Assembly (NCBI GenBank): GCA_043816005.1
Contig: JBDRIM010000018.1
Coordinates: 1 to 47,845, forward strand
Reading direction: 5' to 3'
From: Candidatus Micrarchaeota archaeon
Lineage (GTDB): Archaea > Micrarchaeota > Micrarchaeia > Anstonellales > Bilamarchaeaceae
Length of the DNA: 47,845 nt
Part shown: piece by piece, positions 9,476 to 19,914 of the stretch
Position numbering within the stretch: the first letter of the stretch is position 1
Layout: each line of letters opens with the position of its first letter
Position numbers and translations under genes: made by a program
Notes under the pieces: generated by a model
Seen by the model: only the letters and a program-made list of their open reading frames with translations
The model's database searches: none
Told to the model about the DNA's origin: nothing

Positions 9476-10496
9476 TATAGCCTAATTTGTACTTGAAAAG
9501 TAATTTAGCAAAGAAATGACCTAAACCGAGATAGGTAATTGGCAGGAAAAAAACCGAAACTAGTAACCTAACGAACAGATTAATATCAGTCAGACTTGTG
9601 AAAAATCGAGTGACAGAAAAGGATTTTTTCAGAAGATTTTTTGCAAGTACAACATCATCACGTAATAGTGCACGAATTGCATGAGAAGTATAATCCCATT
9701 TCTTGAAGCAATCATAACGAGCAAGATCAGACTTTGAAAGTAATGTTGGGTATTTTACAATGAGTTTATCGTACATATCATATATTTCATTATGATCACA
9801 GATTTTCGTTGAAAATAATACTGAACCTTGCATTGGATGAATGCGGTAGTTGATCAGTTTTTCGTTTATAACCCCGATATTACTTATTTCCAATATACGA
9901 AGGTACATATCAATATCATAAATATTAGTGTAATCTTCGAAATTGAAATGGCCAACTCTCTTGAAAATATCTTTACGAACCATGAAACTAGGACATACGA
10001 GAGGGTTGTAATTATTTTTGATAAGCTGAATAAAGATATCCTTGAAAGCGAATATGGATTTGCCTTTCAGTGTTTTTGGGAGTTCTATTGTCCCGATTTT
10101 TTTATCATGTGCATCAATTTTTGTTGCTTCTGTAAACACTGCTCCGACATCTTTATGATCGGCAAAAAATTGAACTTGTTTTTTAACAATATCTGGATGA
10201 TAGAGATCATCTGCATGGTATATTGCAACGATGTCACCATGGGCAAGTTCAACACACAACGACCAGTTTTGTTGTCCTGAAATAATTTTTGGATTTCGAT
10301 AATAGCGAATTCTTGGATCTTTGAAACTTTGGATTATCTCTGGTGTTTTATCAGTAGAAGCATTGTCAACAATAAGAAATTCGAAATTTTTGTATGACTG
10401 ATTGAGTATGGATTCGATGGTTTTCTTGAGGAATTTTTCACCGTTGTAGACGGGAATGCAGATGGAAACTTTGATAGTATCAACCATAGAAGTCAA
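9468..10496 (-). CDS. Glycosyltransferase family 2
   Basis: VSICIPVYNGEKFL, IVDNASTD, HADD DxD-like motif, YRIH. Confidence 0.88.
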   Translation of the reverse strand: MTSMVDTIKVSICIPVYNGEKFLKKTIESILNQSYKNFEFLIVDNASTDKTPEIIQSFKDPRIRYYRNPKIISGQQNWSLCVELAHGDIVAIYHADDLYHPDIVKKQVQFFADHKDVGAVFTEATKIDAHDKKIGTIELPKTLKGKSIFAFKDIFIQLIKNNYNPLVCPSFMVRKDIFKRVGHFNFEDYTNIYDIDMYLRILEISNIGVINEKLINYRIHPMQGSVLFSTKICDHNEIYDMYDKLIVKYPTLLSKSDLARYDCFKKWDYTSHAIRALLRDDVVLAKNLLKKSFSVTRFFTSLTDINLFVRLLVSVFFLPITYLGLGHFFAKLLFKYKLGYIT

Positions 10497-10524
10497 TCAA
10501 GCAGAATAATTAAAATATAGATGA

Positions 10525-11622
10525 TTAACAACCACGATGTTCAATTTCAGATATTATTGATCGTAAGCGATGAATGTAGGTATGTTCGGTAAGACAACGG
10601 GTATAACCAGAGCTTGCAATTTGTTCACGTTCTCTATCATGAGAAAGATAATACCGAATTTTTTCAGCTGCATTTGAAGGATTGTCAAAAATACATATTT
10701 CTTTATTAAGTTCAAAATATTTCTCTAGTGGATAGACATAATCAGTTAGCATAAATGCACCACATGCAGGAATTTCAAAGAGTCGAGCTTTCATTTGAAC
10801 AGAGGATTTAGTTGAAGAGGTGCATAGATTAAGGTTGATTTTACTACGATTAAATATAGACATCATTTCATCTTGGCTTACCCTTCCGTTTTTCCAACCA
10901 GAGCCAAAACATTGAACAAGAATACCTTGACCATTAAGTAATTCGATGAATGATTTTCGAAGTCCATGCGCTGCACCAACGAATGAAACATTAATATCTT
11001 TTTTGATTTTCAATTTTTTACAAATAGAAGGATTTGCAGCAAATTGAGACATAATTATGTTAGTGTAACCAAGACTGATATAACGAAGATAAGATTCTTC
11101 GTGAGTAGTGATACAGAAATTGAAACACGGAGCCCAAAACTTGGAAAAGAGATAAAATCTCCAATCATCATCAGAAAACCAGTTCAAAGTGATTGAACGC
11201 GTAGTTTCAGAAATCTTACGAACGGTGTTCTTATCAAACTGTTCTTGAAAAAGACTAAAGAATACCAAATCAGGATCAAACTCAACGACTGTGTCAAACA
11301 ATAGTGAATTCATTTTCTTACGGCCTTGATCTTGAAGAACAGTCATAAAATCAAACATTTCAACCTCATAACCAAGCTCCTTAAGAGGGAGATAGGTATT
11401 GTAGTATTCTAAGCTCAATCCTCTTTCCTTTATTCCATAATCATATTTCATCATGGCAAGAAGAATCTTCTTAATTTTCCTTGATTTTTGGACTTTTGGT
11501 TTTGGTGGGGACATTGGAATTAAGTGAAATAAAAGCTGGAGATTAGTTATGTTTTTGATATGCCATTCCCAGATAGATTTGGCGATTCTATATGGAGGCC
11601 GGAGAAGGTCTTTATAATCCAT
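10525..11622 (-). CDS. CgeB/Glyco_trans_1_2-family glycosyltransferase
   Basis: NWFSDD, VSFVG, FGSGW, SKINLN, KARLFEIPACGAF, EHTY.HR. Confidence 0.8.
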   Translation of the reverse strand: MDYKDLLRPPYRIAKSIWEWHIKNITNLQLLFHLIPMSPPKPKVQKSRKIKKILLAMMKYDYGIKERGLSLEYYNTYLPLKELGYEVEMFDFMTVLQDQGRKKMNSLLFDTVVEFDPDLVFFSLFQEQFDKNTVRKISETTRSITLNWFSDDDWRFYLFSKFWAPCFNFCITTHEESYLRYISLGYTNIIMSQFAANPSICKKLKIKKDINVSFVGAAHGLRKSFIELLNGQGILVQCFGSGWKNGRVSQDEMMSIFNRSKINLNLCTSSTKSSVQMKARLFEIPACGAFMLTDYVYPLEKYFELNKEICIFDNPSNAAEKIRYYLSHDREREQIASSGYTRCLTEHTYIHRLRSIISEIEHRGC

Positions 11623-11682
11623 TCAATCACAGAGAGATTATTTTGACATAGTTTATAAGGATAATAGAACGCAATAAGAAAT

Positions 11683-12747
11683 ATGAACAATGCGTTACAA
11701 GAAATCCTATTGGTTCCTCCGCCACATCTAATGAAAGACCGGATTTTCGAATTGGAAGGCGAACTACGAAGTTACGAAGTTGCTAAACCAATGCAAGTTT
11801 TAAGGTACAAACTCAAGAGGAAAGGATTTGACTTAAAAACAATAGATATGTCAAAAGAACCAAAAAATGCAATAGCAGTGGTGTTCTCTGATCTTCCAAA
11901 AAAGAATGATACGTATTACCAATTTTGTATTAAGAATAAACTTCAAGATAAGATGTATTTAATCATAGGTGAACCACCCGCAACTCGACCTGATTGTTAT
12001 GATCAGAAGTTGCATGGTGAGTTTAAAGGGGTTTCAACTTTCAGTACCGAACTGATAGATAACAAAAAATATTTTTATTATAATTATGTTCTTCCGATCC
12101 AATATGGAGAGAAAGTAATGATACCAAGAAATAAATTTGAATCACAAAAGTTACTTTGTAATATATCTGGAAACAAATTTTCATCACATTCAAACGAGTT
12201 GTATGGTGAGAGGGTAAAGGCGATAGATTTCATGGAAAAATACCATCCTGAGGATTTTGATCTTTATGGAACTGGATGGGAAAAACCAATGATCCATGCT
12301 AGGTGGGCAAGTGCACTAAAAATAAATGGTATGATTTGGAGATTTTGGCCAAAAAATATCAAAATCAAACAATTTAAGACGCACAAAGGGCCACATAGCA
12401 AAAAAGGACTGCTTCAAAAGTATAAATTTACAATAGCTTATGAAAATTGCATAACAAACGGATACATAAGCGAGAAAATACTCGAAGCCATGTTATATGG
12501 AACTGTGCCCATTTATTCAGGGGATCCGAACATTGAAAAAAGAATACCAAAAGATTGTTTTATAGATAAAAGAGACTTTAAAAATTATGAATCGCTTTAC
12601 AGATTTATTAGTAGCATGGATAAAAAAACACATGATGGATATTTAGACAGGATAGAAAAATTCTTAAATAGCAAAAAGGCATATCCGTTTACTATAAATG
12701 CGTTTGTAGATAATTTCGAGAATATGTTGAGTATTGAAAGATACTGA
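11683..12747 (+). CDS. GT10-like (alpha-1,3-fucosyltransferase-fold) glycosyltransferase
   Basis: FDLYGTGW and YKFTIAYENCITNGYISEKILEAMLYGTVPIYSG match the GT10 signature. Confidence 0.8.
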   Translation: MNNALQEILLVPPPHLMKDRIFELEGELRSYEVAKPMQVLRYKLKRKGFDLKTIDMSKEPKNAIAVVFSDLPKKNDTYYQFCIKNKLQDKMYLIIGEPPATRPDCYDQKLHGEFKGVSTFSTELIDNKKYFYYNYVLPIQYGEKVMIPRNKFESQKLLCNISGNKFSSHSNELYGERVKAIDFMEKYHPEDFDLYGTGWEKPMIHARWASALKINGMIWRFWPKNIKIKQFKTHKGPHSKKGLLQKYKFTIAYENCITNGYISEKILEAMLYGTVPIYSGDPNIEKRIPKDCFIDKRDFKNYESLYRFISSMDKKTHDGYLDRIEKFLNSKKAYPFTINAFVDNFENMLSIERY

Positions 12748-12786
12748 ATGTGAATATCGTAGAAGTAACGAGGCAATGGGGATGAT

Positions 12787-13548
12787 ATGTTAAATAAATT
12801 GATAACTAAAATAAAGAAATACGGACTTAAGTATTCGTTTCTTCTTTTTCTCTCCCGCATTTTTGAAGTAATATGTAAAAAAAATTTGAACTCATATAGC
12901 CAATATGGAGAGGATGTAGTATTAGACGTTCTTATTGGAAATAAAATCAGTCAATATATAGATATTGGTGCTTTTGATCCTGATGAGGCAAACAATACCA
13001 AAAAATTTTATTTGCGTGGTTGGAACGGTATTAATATCGAACCTAATCCTGATAACTATAAAAAATTCGTCAAAAGCAGACCAAAAGACATCAATGTAAA
13101 TATTGGCATCGGACCAAAAAATGGTGCTTTTTCTTTTTATGTTTTTGATGCGGATATGTTATGTACTTTTTCCAAAGAAGAAGCAGAAAAATATGCCAAA
13201 ACAGGATATAGATTAATCAGAACTGAAAAAATTAAAGTAATGCAATTACGCGATGTGATCTTGCGCTATCATCTAGGCAGTATTGGTTTTATCTCTGTTG
13301 ATACTGAAGGGCATGATCTTAAAGTTTTACAAAGTAACGACTGGAACATATTCAGACCAACATTTATTTGTGTAGAGATAATAGATCACACTTATGGGAT
13401 AATAAATAAAGAAATAGAGACCTATTTAGACTCTTGTGATTATCAAAGAGTTTATTTTAATGGATTGAATGAGATATGGCACGATAAACGAGATCTAGAA
13501 CCATCTATCCTCACTAAGATACTTAGTTGTGTTTATTTCTATAAATAA
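12787..13548 (+). CDS. FkbM-family SAM-dependent methyltransferase
   Basis: SYSQYGED, YIDIGAFDP...NT, GWNGINIEPNP, SVDTEGHDL, RP..ICVE. Confidence 0.88.
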   Translation: MLNKLITKIKKYGLKYSFLLFLSRIFEVICKKNLNSYSQYGEDVVLDVLIGNKISQYIDIGAFDPDEANNTKKFYLRGWNGINIEPNPDNYKKFVKSRPKDINVNIGIGPKNGAFSFYVFDADMLCTFSKEEAEKYAKTGYRLIRTEKIKVMQLRDVILRYHLGSIGFISVDTEGHDLKVLQSNDWNIFRPTFICVEIIDHTYGIINKEIETYLDSCDYQRVYFNGLNEIWHDKRDLEPSILTKILSCVYFYK

Positions 13549-13621
13549 TCTACTTTGAATTAAAATGATACGTACACAAATTATTAAACTAGTTCAAGAT
13601 ACAATGTGGATACGTGAAATT

Positions 13622-14362
13622 ATGAAAGCTATAATTCTGGCTGCTGGTGAAGGTAAACGACTGCGTCCCCTCACATACGGGATCCCTAAACCATTATTGC
13701 CAGTTGGCGGAAGACCAGTAATAGATTACGTTCTTGATAATATAGCAAAATGTAGGGAGATAGATATAGTCTACGTTGCTGTTTCACATATGCGATCCGC
13801 ACTTGAAGCATATCTTGCACATTCAAATTTTAATAACTTTAAAATTGAAACTGTCACGACTATGGGATGGGAAACTGGAGGAGATCTCAAGACAGTACTC
13901 GTACAGAAGGAAATCCGAAATGAACCTATACTGGTCTGCTATGGAGATAATGTTACGATGATAGATACGCAAAAATTAGTTGATGCACATCGGAAACAAA
14001 AAAATGCAAATGCAACAGTTGCCCTTTTTGAAGTATCTAAAAGAGATGCATCACGTTTTGGGATTGCAGACCTGAAGGGAGACAGAATCGAAAAATTCGT
14101 AGAAAAACCAACTAATGAGAGTAGTAGATCCTGCCTTGCTAATGCTGGTTATTTTATGCTTGAATCACCTACAATCGAACGTATCCCGATGGGAAGATTT
14201 AAACTAGAAAGCGAATACTTTCCTGCTTGGGCTGCTGCAGGTGTACTTTTCGGTCAAATTCAGAAGGTCAAATTATGGATAGATATCGGGACAATAGAAT
14301 CATATCGCGAAGCTAACCGATTAGTAGAAACAATTCTTCCGCCTCCAGAGGTAAGAAAATGA
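13622..14362 (+). CDS. Sugar-1-phosphate nucleotidyltransferase (NTP_transferase family)
   Basis: MKAIILAAGEGKRLRPLTYGIPKPLLP, YGD, FVEKP, NAGYF, WIDIGT. Start moved to ATG 13622. Confidence 0.88.
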   Translation: MKAIILAAGEGKRLRPLTYGIPKPLLPVGGRPVIDYVLDNIAKCREIDIVYVAVSHMRSALEAYLAHSNFNNFKIETVTTMGWETGGDLKTVLVQKEIRNEPILVCYGDNVTMIDTQKLVDAHRKQKNANATVALFEVSKRDASRFGIADLKGDRIEKFVEKPTNESSRSCLANAGYFMLESPTIERIPMGRFKLESEYFPAWAAAGVLFGQIQKVKLWIDIGTIESYREANRLVETILPPPEVRK

Positions 14363-15297
14363 AATATTTAGTAACCGGAGCAGTAGGGTTTCTTGGCACC
14401 AATCTTTGTTTGGAGCTTCTTGCCAAGGGAAATGAGGTTATAGGTTTAGATAATCTCAGCACTGGATCTAATAAAAACCTCAAAAAACTTAAGCTCGAAC
14501 GAGGTTTTTCTTTCCTTAAACATAACATTACTAAACCACTTCCAAAAATCAGCGACATAGAATATATTTATAATCTTGCTTGTCCAGCTTCCCCACCCCG
14601 CTATCAAAAAGATCCGATTCAAACTTTTCGCACTTCAATCTGGGGAGTATGGAACGTTTTACGGTTTGCTTGGAAAGTAAAAATACCAGTATTTCATGCC
14701 TCCACATCTGAAGTTTATGGTGATCCGATAGTTCATCCTCAACAAGAATCATACTTTGGTAATGTCAATCCAATTGGGATACGTGCTTGCTACGATGAGG
14801 GCAAACGAGGTGCAGAAACTTTGCTAATGGATTATAATCGTATGACTGGCAATCCAATAAAGATAGTCCGCATCTTCAATACTTATGGTCCGCATATGGA
14901 TTCAAAGGATGGACGAGTGATATCCAACTTTATCAATCAGGCTTTGGAAGGGAAACCACTGACCATTTATGGGACAGGTAAACAAACACGTTCATTTTGT
15001 TATGTTGATGATTTAATCGCAGGTATATTGAAAGTGGAACAATCATCAATACAATTTAATGGGCCAGTAAATTTAGGTAACCCAAAAGAATTTACACTTC
15101 TTGAGCTCGCAGAAAGAATAGAAAAAATAATAGGAAAACCACTTCACATTGTTTTCCTACCGCTACCTACAGATGATCCAAAACAAAGAAGACCAGATAT
15201 TACCTTAGCTATGAAAAAATTAGACTGGAAACCTGCAACAACATTAAATGACGGCCTTTTGAAAACTATTGAATATTTCCGACTTATTCGTGATTGA
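14359..15297 (+). CDS. UDP-glucuronate decarboxylase (UDP-xylose synthase)
   Basis: IYNLACPASP, ASTSEVYGDP, NPIGIRACYDEGKR, RIFNTYGP, DGRVISNF, DDPKQRRPDI. Confidence 0.9.
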   Translation: MKYLVTGAVGFLGTNLCLELLAKGNEVIGLDNLSTGSNKNLKKLKLERGFSFLKHNITKPLPKISDIEYIYNLACPASPPRYQKDPIQTFRTSIWGVWNVLRFAWKVKIPVFHASTSEVYGDPIVHPQQESYFGNVNPIGIRACYDEGKRGAETLLMDYNRMTGNPIKIVRIFNTYGPHMDSKDGRVISNFINQALEGKPLTIYGTGKQTRSFCYVDDLIAGILKVEQSSIQFNGPVNLGNPKEFTLLELAERIEKIIGKPLHIVFLPLPTDDPKQRRPDITLAMKKLDWKPATTLNDGLLKTIEYFRLIRD

Positions 15298-15308
15298 ACG
15301 GTCAGTTT

Positions 15309-16343
15309 TCAAATTGTATTTGTTAAAGATTCGTAAATGTCTGTAAAAACATCCTTTAAACCGATACGGATATCCCAATTTGGATAGTGGGAACGAACTT
15401 TGCTAATATTCGAAATCCACCAGATGTGATCTGCTTCGCGCTCTGGTCCGTGTTTGAAATGAAGTGGCTTGCCAGTGATTTCCTCAATCAGATCAATAGA
15501 TTCAAGAAGTGAAATAGAATTTTTACGTGACCCACCTATATTATAAACTTCACCGGGCCGTGGAGATTTAACAAATTCTAGGAATAATTTTGCCAAATCA
15601 GCAGCATGGATCACATCACGAACCTGAAATCCGCCGTGACCAAATATCGTAAGTTCTTCTCCTGTAAGTGCTTTTTTTACAAAAAAAGGCTCCCAGTTGT
15701 GTAGCTCAACTGCTTTGGCAGCACCCCCAGTGATACAACCCATTCGAAATATGCCTGTTTTTAACTTGTAAAGGTGTGCATATTCTTGACAATACAGATC
15801 ACTAGTAGTTTTAGAAACTCCGAATGGAGTGTGCATCATGCGATCAATACGCAATGATTCATCAAATCCATCCCAAAGTGAAGGATCAGTAGGTTCAAAA
15901 CGTTTCCCAACTTTCTTGTATGCAAAATAATTTGGTGCTTCACCATAAACTTTGTTAGTTGAACAATGGACAAAAGGGATTGAAGGATTGAGTTTACGAA
16001 CTTGTTCTAGTAATAAAAGCGTACCATATGCATTTATTTGAAAATCCTCTATGGGAATTTCAATAGAACGAGGGTGAGATGGCTGGGCTGCAGTATGCAC
16101 GACAGCATCAACTTTTTTTACTAGTTCACCAATTTTTTCATCACGAATATCAATCTCATGATGTTCAACACTATATTCTTTTTTTGTCGCGTCAATATTT
16201 GCACGGGTTTCTCCATTTTTACCAAAAATTTTCGCACGGGAATAGTTGTCAACACTTATTATTTCCCAACCTGCGCTTGCAAAAAGCTTGCAGGTTTCTG
16301 TACCAACTAATCCAGCTCCACCAGTTACAAGTACCTTCATCAT
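15309..16343 (-). CDS. CDP-tyvelose 2-epimerase-like extended SDR
   Basis: TGGAGLVG, HTAAQPSH, STNKVYG, PFGVSK, FRMGCITG, QVRDVIH, EVYNIGG.R.NS; resembles the RfbE/Tyv subfamily. Confidence 0.7.
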   Translation of the reverse strand: MMKVLVTGGAGLVGTETCKLFASAGWEIISVDNYSRAKIFGKNGETRANIDATKKEYSVEHHEIDIRDEKIGELVKKVDAVVHTAAQPSHPRSIEIPIEDFQINAYGTLLLLEQVRKLNPSIPFVHCSTNKVYGEAPNYFAYKKVGKRFEPTDPSLWDGFDESLRIDRMMHTPFGVSKTTSDLYCQEYAHLYKLKTGIFRMGCITGGAAKAVELHNWEPFFVKKALTGEELTIFGHGGFQVRDVIHAADLAKLFLEFVKSPRPGEVYNIGGSRKNSISLLESIDLIEEITGKPLHFKHGPEREADHIWWISNISKVRSHYPNWDIRIGLKDVFTDIYESLTNTI

Positions 16344-16361
16344 AACACCTTTGAAATAGAA

Positions 16362-17624
16362 TTACCAACAGATACCTTCGTAGTCTTTACCGCTTTTCTT
16401 CTTTAAAATCTTTCTTCCGTCAAAGACCAATTTTCCAATATAAAGTTTTTCATTTACAAATTCAGACCATTCAGTTAGAAGAAAAATGATATCAGACTCT
16501 TTACATGCCTTTTCTGCCGAAGCTGCATATATAACTTTGTTACCAAATATCTTTTGTGCATTTTCTAACGCTTGCGGATCATATATAGTAACGATGGCCT
16601 CAGCATGGATCAATGCATCAATTATTTTCAGACTTGGGGCGTCCCTAATATCGTCAGTATCTGGTTTGAATGCAACTCCTAGGACAGTTATTTTTGTATT
16701 CTTTAAAGTGATTTTCTTTTTAGCTAATTCAATAAGTTTGAGTGGTTGTGAATTATTAATAGAGATTACCGAGTCAAGCAATTGAGTTGAACACCCGTAT
16801 CGCTTTGCTGAATATACAATTGCATTAATATCTTTTGGAAAACAACTGCCACCATATCCGATACCGGCATTGAGAAATGAACGATTGATCCGCTTGTCTT
16901 GGCCTATTGCATCTGCGACTATATAGTAGTCAATACCAAGTTGTTTACATAAATTCCCTATTTCGTTAGAAAAACTTATTTTGGTTGCAAGGAATGCGTT
17001 ACTAGCATATTTTATCATTTCCGCGGTTTTTAAGTCAGTTCGAACCAGTGGACATTTGAAACGTTCATAAAGACAAGCAATTAAATCCCCAGATTTATCA
17101 TCAATCTGCCCAATCACTATACGATCTGGATTGAAAAAATCATCTAATGCCTTACCCTCTCGGAGGAATTCTGGATTCATACAAAGTCCATAATCCTTTC
17201 CAGAAACCTTACCAGTCTGAGTTTCTGCGATTGCTGCTAACGAGTCCGTGGTCCCAGGAATAACGGTGCTTTTGACAACAATAGTTGCATAGGATTTTAA
17301 TGAACGGATAGTTTCAATAAATGCACTTTGTATGTAAGAGATATCCATCGAACCATCTTCCATAGAAGGTGTTCCGACACACAAAAATATTATATTTGAA
17401 CTTTGAACTGCTTCTTGTAGATTCGTAGTCGCATTTAGAGTATTTCCGATCACTTGTAATAAAAGATCAGATAGTCCAGCCTCAAATATTGGGGTGTTAC
17501 CACTATTAATCAGATCTACTTTTGTCTTGTCTATGTCAACACAAGTCACATCGTAACCAAGCTTTGCAAATCCCACACTGGTAATAAGACCGACATAACC
17601 AACACCAACTATAGTAATATGCAT
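16362..17624 (-). CDS. ugd: UDP-glucose/GDP-mannose 6-dehydrogenase
   Basis: GVGYVG, CVGTP, KSTVIPG, NPEFLREG, KYASNAFLA, GYGGSCFPKD, FKPDTDDIRD. Confidence 0.88.
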   Translation of the reverse strand: MHITIVGVGYVGLITSVGFAKLGYDVTCVDIDKTKVDLINSGNTPIFEAGLSDLLLQVIGNTLNATTNLQEAVQSSNIIFLCVGTPSMEDGSMDISYIQSAFIETIRSLKSYATIVVKSTVIPGTTDSLAAIAETQTGKVSGKDYGLCMNPEFLREGKALDDFFNPDRIVIGQIDDKSGDLIACLYERFKCPLVRTDLKTAEMIKYASNAFLATKISFSNEIGNLCKQLGIDYYIVADAIGQDKRINRSFLNAGIGYGGSCFPKDINAIVYSAKRYGCSTQLLDSVISINNSQPLKLIELAKKKITLKNTKITVLGVAFKPDTDDIRDAPSLKIIDALIHAEAIVTIYDPQALENAQKIFGNKVIYAASAEKACKESDIIFLLTEWSEFVNEKLYIGKLVFDGRKILKKKSGKDYEGICW

Positions 17625-17706
17625 ACGATTTCACCCAAAATAATAGAAAATTCATTCATTTAGATTGTTCTTATTGTATTCTTAGAAATTTTTAAAACAG
17701 TATACA

Positions 17707-18666
17707 TTAGACAGATGGAAAAGAAAGAATAGAATTTGCAAGATAAATATCACTGTTTGAAGAGTATTTTTCAGCCATTTCCTGAATTTTTTCGAAGTTA
17801 AGTTCTGGTAATCTTTGGGTTATCCAATCAAATGGTTCGACATCATCTGGTACGGTCTCAGCACAGTTTAATGATTTCAGTAGATAGTCGCTCTCTGGAA
17901 AATTTTTCCTTAGTTTGAAGAACAATGGTATTCCGTAGGGTATGGATTCGCTTATTATGCCATAAGACGGTTTTGCAAAAATAGCAGATGCTGCTGAGAT
18001 AAAATTTTGGGATTCGGTCTCAGTTTTAGGAATAGAAAAGAATTTGCTCTTAGTTTGTTGTGATTCTATAGAATAACCAAAGGCTGAGACTATTCCGATT
18101 TTTTTCTGCATATTGATGGTTGGATGTCTCCTGAGAAGACCAATTTTCTCTTTTTTTGAAAAACAGGACATAGGTTCGCTGAATGGGAGAACAAATGTTT
18201 TAGATGATTTAGAGTATGCATGAGAGTATAAGGAATAAAAATCACTAGATTTTCCGAAAATATGTTCCAGGATAATGGTCCAACCAAAATTTGAAATTGC
18301 AATAATAGGAATACCTACTGCGTCTGCAGCAACAAAAATTTCAGCTGGGATATCTGCAACTATAAGATCAGGTTTTTCCTTTTCAAGGCGTTGTATTTCA
18401 GTTCGAACATTTGATGAAAAATGTTCAGATAGATTACGGTTGGCCATGTGTGTTTTCTCAAAATTTAGACCAAGACCAGACGGAACAAAATTCAGTGTTG
18501 GTAAAATCTTCTCGACACGAGCCTGTGGAAGAGATTTTTTTATAAAGTCTAGATGTCCTGATGATAGAATAATGATATTTGCTCTTGTTCCGATTGCACG
18601 GATGAGGGCAACCTGTCTTGTGATGTGACCCAAACCAAAAGAGTCCACATAGAAAAAAATCTTCAT
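17707..18666 (-). CDS. GT-B fold glycosyltransferase-like protein (resembles the N-terminal domain of L-arabinokinase)
   Basis: GLGHITR, PDLIVAD, ISNFGW, KPSYGIISE, R..FPE; ATGA-coupled to colD. Confidence 0.6.
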   Translation of the reverse strand: MKIFFYVDSFGLGHITRQVALIRAIGTRANIIILSSGHLDFIKKSLPQARVEKILPTLNFVPSGLGLNFEKTHMANRNLSEHFSSNVRTEIQRLEKEKPDLIVADIPAEIFVAADAVGIPIIAISNFGWTIILEHIFGKSSDFYSLYSHAYSKSSKTFVLPFSEPMSCFSKKEKIGLLRRHPTINMQKKIGIVSAFGYSIESQQTKSKFFSIPKTETESQNFISAASAIFAKPSYGIISESIPYGIPLFFKLRKNFPESDYLLKSLNCAETVPDDVEPFDWITQRLPELNFEKIQEMAEKYSSNSDIYLANSILSFPSV

Positions 18667-19910
18667 GTTTTCACTTTGGAAAAGAAATCATCAAATACCT
18701 TAACTACTGCTGAAATTGTATTATCATCAATATTTGAATGGATTCCGATATAAAATGAGCTTTTCATGATTAGATTTGCATACGATAGGTCGCCATGCCG
18801 ATAGTTAAAAAGACGCATAGCAGGTTGTTCGGCAAAATTTCCGCATACTAATGGTCTGGTTTCAATACCGTGATCCTCGAGATAATTAGTTAGATCAGAA
18901 CGAGTAAATTTTTGGTTTGGTTTTACTGTTATTGGAAATGCGAACCAACTATGCCTAGTTCCTGATTTTTGCTTTGGAAGTATCAATAGATCAGAATACT
19001 TGCTGAGTTGAACTAATAATTGATTGGCAATTTCGGTACGCCTAGCCAAAAATGTTTTTAGTTTTGGGAGTTGATGGATTCCAAATGCACCCTGAATTTC
19101 CATTGGACGAAAATTATAGCCCATATTTACAAACAAAAATCGAGGATCAATGGAGGGTGTTTGAGATATAAATTCTTCTTTCTTAAGAGAATGACGAACA
19201 TAACCATGAGCTCTTAAAATTCGACTTAGATCAGCATATTCAAAATTATTAGTACATAACATCCCACCCTCAATCGTAGTAATATGATGTGAGAAGTAAA
19301 AACTAAAAGTAGAAAAATCTGAATAAGTACCGACTTTCTTGCTCTTATATTCACTTCCGAGAGCCTCACAACAGTCTTCAACAACAAAAAGTTTGTGATC
19401 TGAAGCAATATCATTGATGGCTTTCATATCACATACGTTACCAAGAAGATGGACAGGCATTATTGCTTTGGTTTTTGGAGTTATTAATTCTTTTAGTTTT
19501 TCCACATCAAGAACATAGTCTTCGTCAACATCTGCTAAAACAGGACGTGCGCCAACATTAATAATTGGAAATATAGATGTTGACCATGTTACGGATGGGA
19601 CAATGATCTCGTCTCCAAACATTATGCGATTAGAAACCATAGGATTGGACAAAATAGATAATGCAAGAAGATTTGCTGATGAACCGGAATTAAGCATAGT
19701 TGAATGTTTTATCCCTAAATAAGATGAAAATTTTTGTTCGAACTCAGATACTTTTGAACCCATAGTGACATTGAGATCTACCATTGAATCAAATGCAGAC
19801 ATTATTTCATCCGGACCGAAAGTCGGCATCATCAACGGAAGCAATTTCTCTGATTTATAGTTTGCACATTTCATTTTAACAAAATCGAAAATTTCTTCTC
19901 TTGTAATCAT
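18663..19910 (-). CDS. colD: GDP-4-keto-6-deoxy-D-mannose 3-dehydratase (ColD-like, DegT/DnrJ family with active-site His)
   Basis: [38 protein letters not shown] (His instead of Lys), no E1 Cys cluster; in an operon with gmd and fcl. Confidence 0.75.
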   Translation of the reverse strand: MITREEIFDFVKMKCANYKSEKLLPLMMPTFGPDEIMSAFDSMVDLNVTMGSKVSEFEQKFSSYLGIKHSTMLNSGSSANLLALSILSNPMVSNRIMFGDEIIVPSVTWSTSIFPIINVGARPVLADVDEDYVLDVEKLKELITPKTKAIMPVHLLGNVCDMKAINDIASDHKLFVVEDCCEALGSEYKSKKVGTYSDFSTFSFYFSHHITTIEGGMLCTNNFEYADLSRILRAHGYVRHSLKKEEFISQTPSIDPRFLFVNMGYNFRPMEIQGAFGIHQLPKLKTFLARRTEIANQLLVQLSKYSDLLILPKQKSGTRHSWFAFPITVKPNQKFTRSDLTNYLEDHGIETRPLVCGNFAEQPAMRLFNYRHGDLSYANLIMKSSFYIGIHSNIDDNTISAVVKVFDDFFSKVKT

Positions 19911-19914
19911 GGGT

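Noticed and set aside
18663..19910. Perosamine synthase or other sugar aminotransferase
   Set aside because: The Schiff-base Lys position is His (SHH), the ColD/E1 dehydratase signature.
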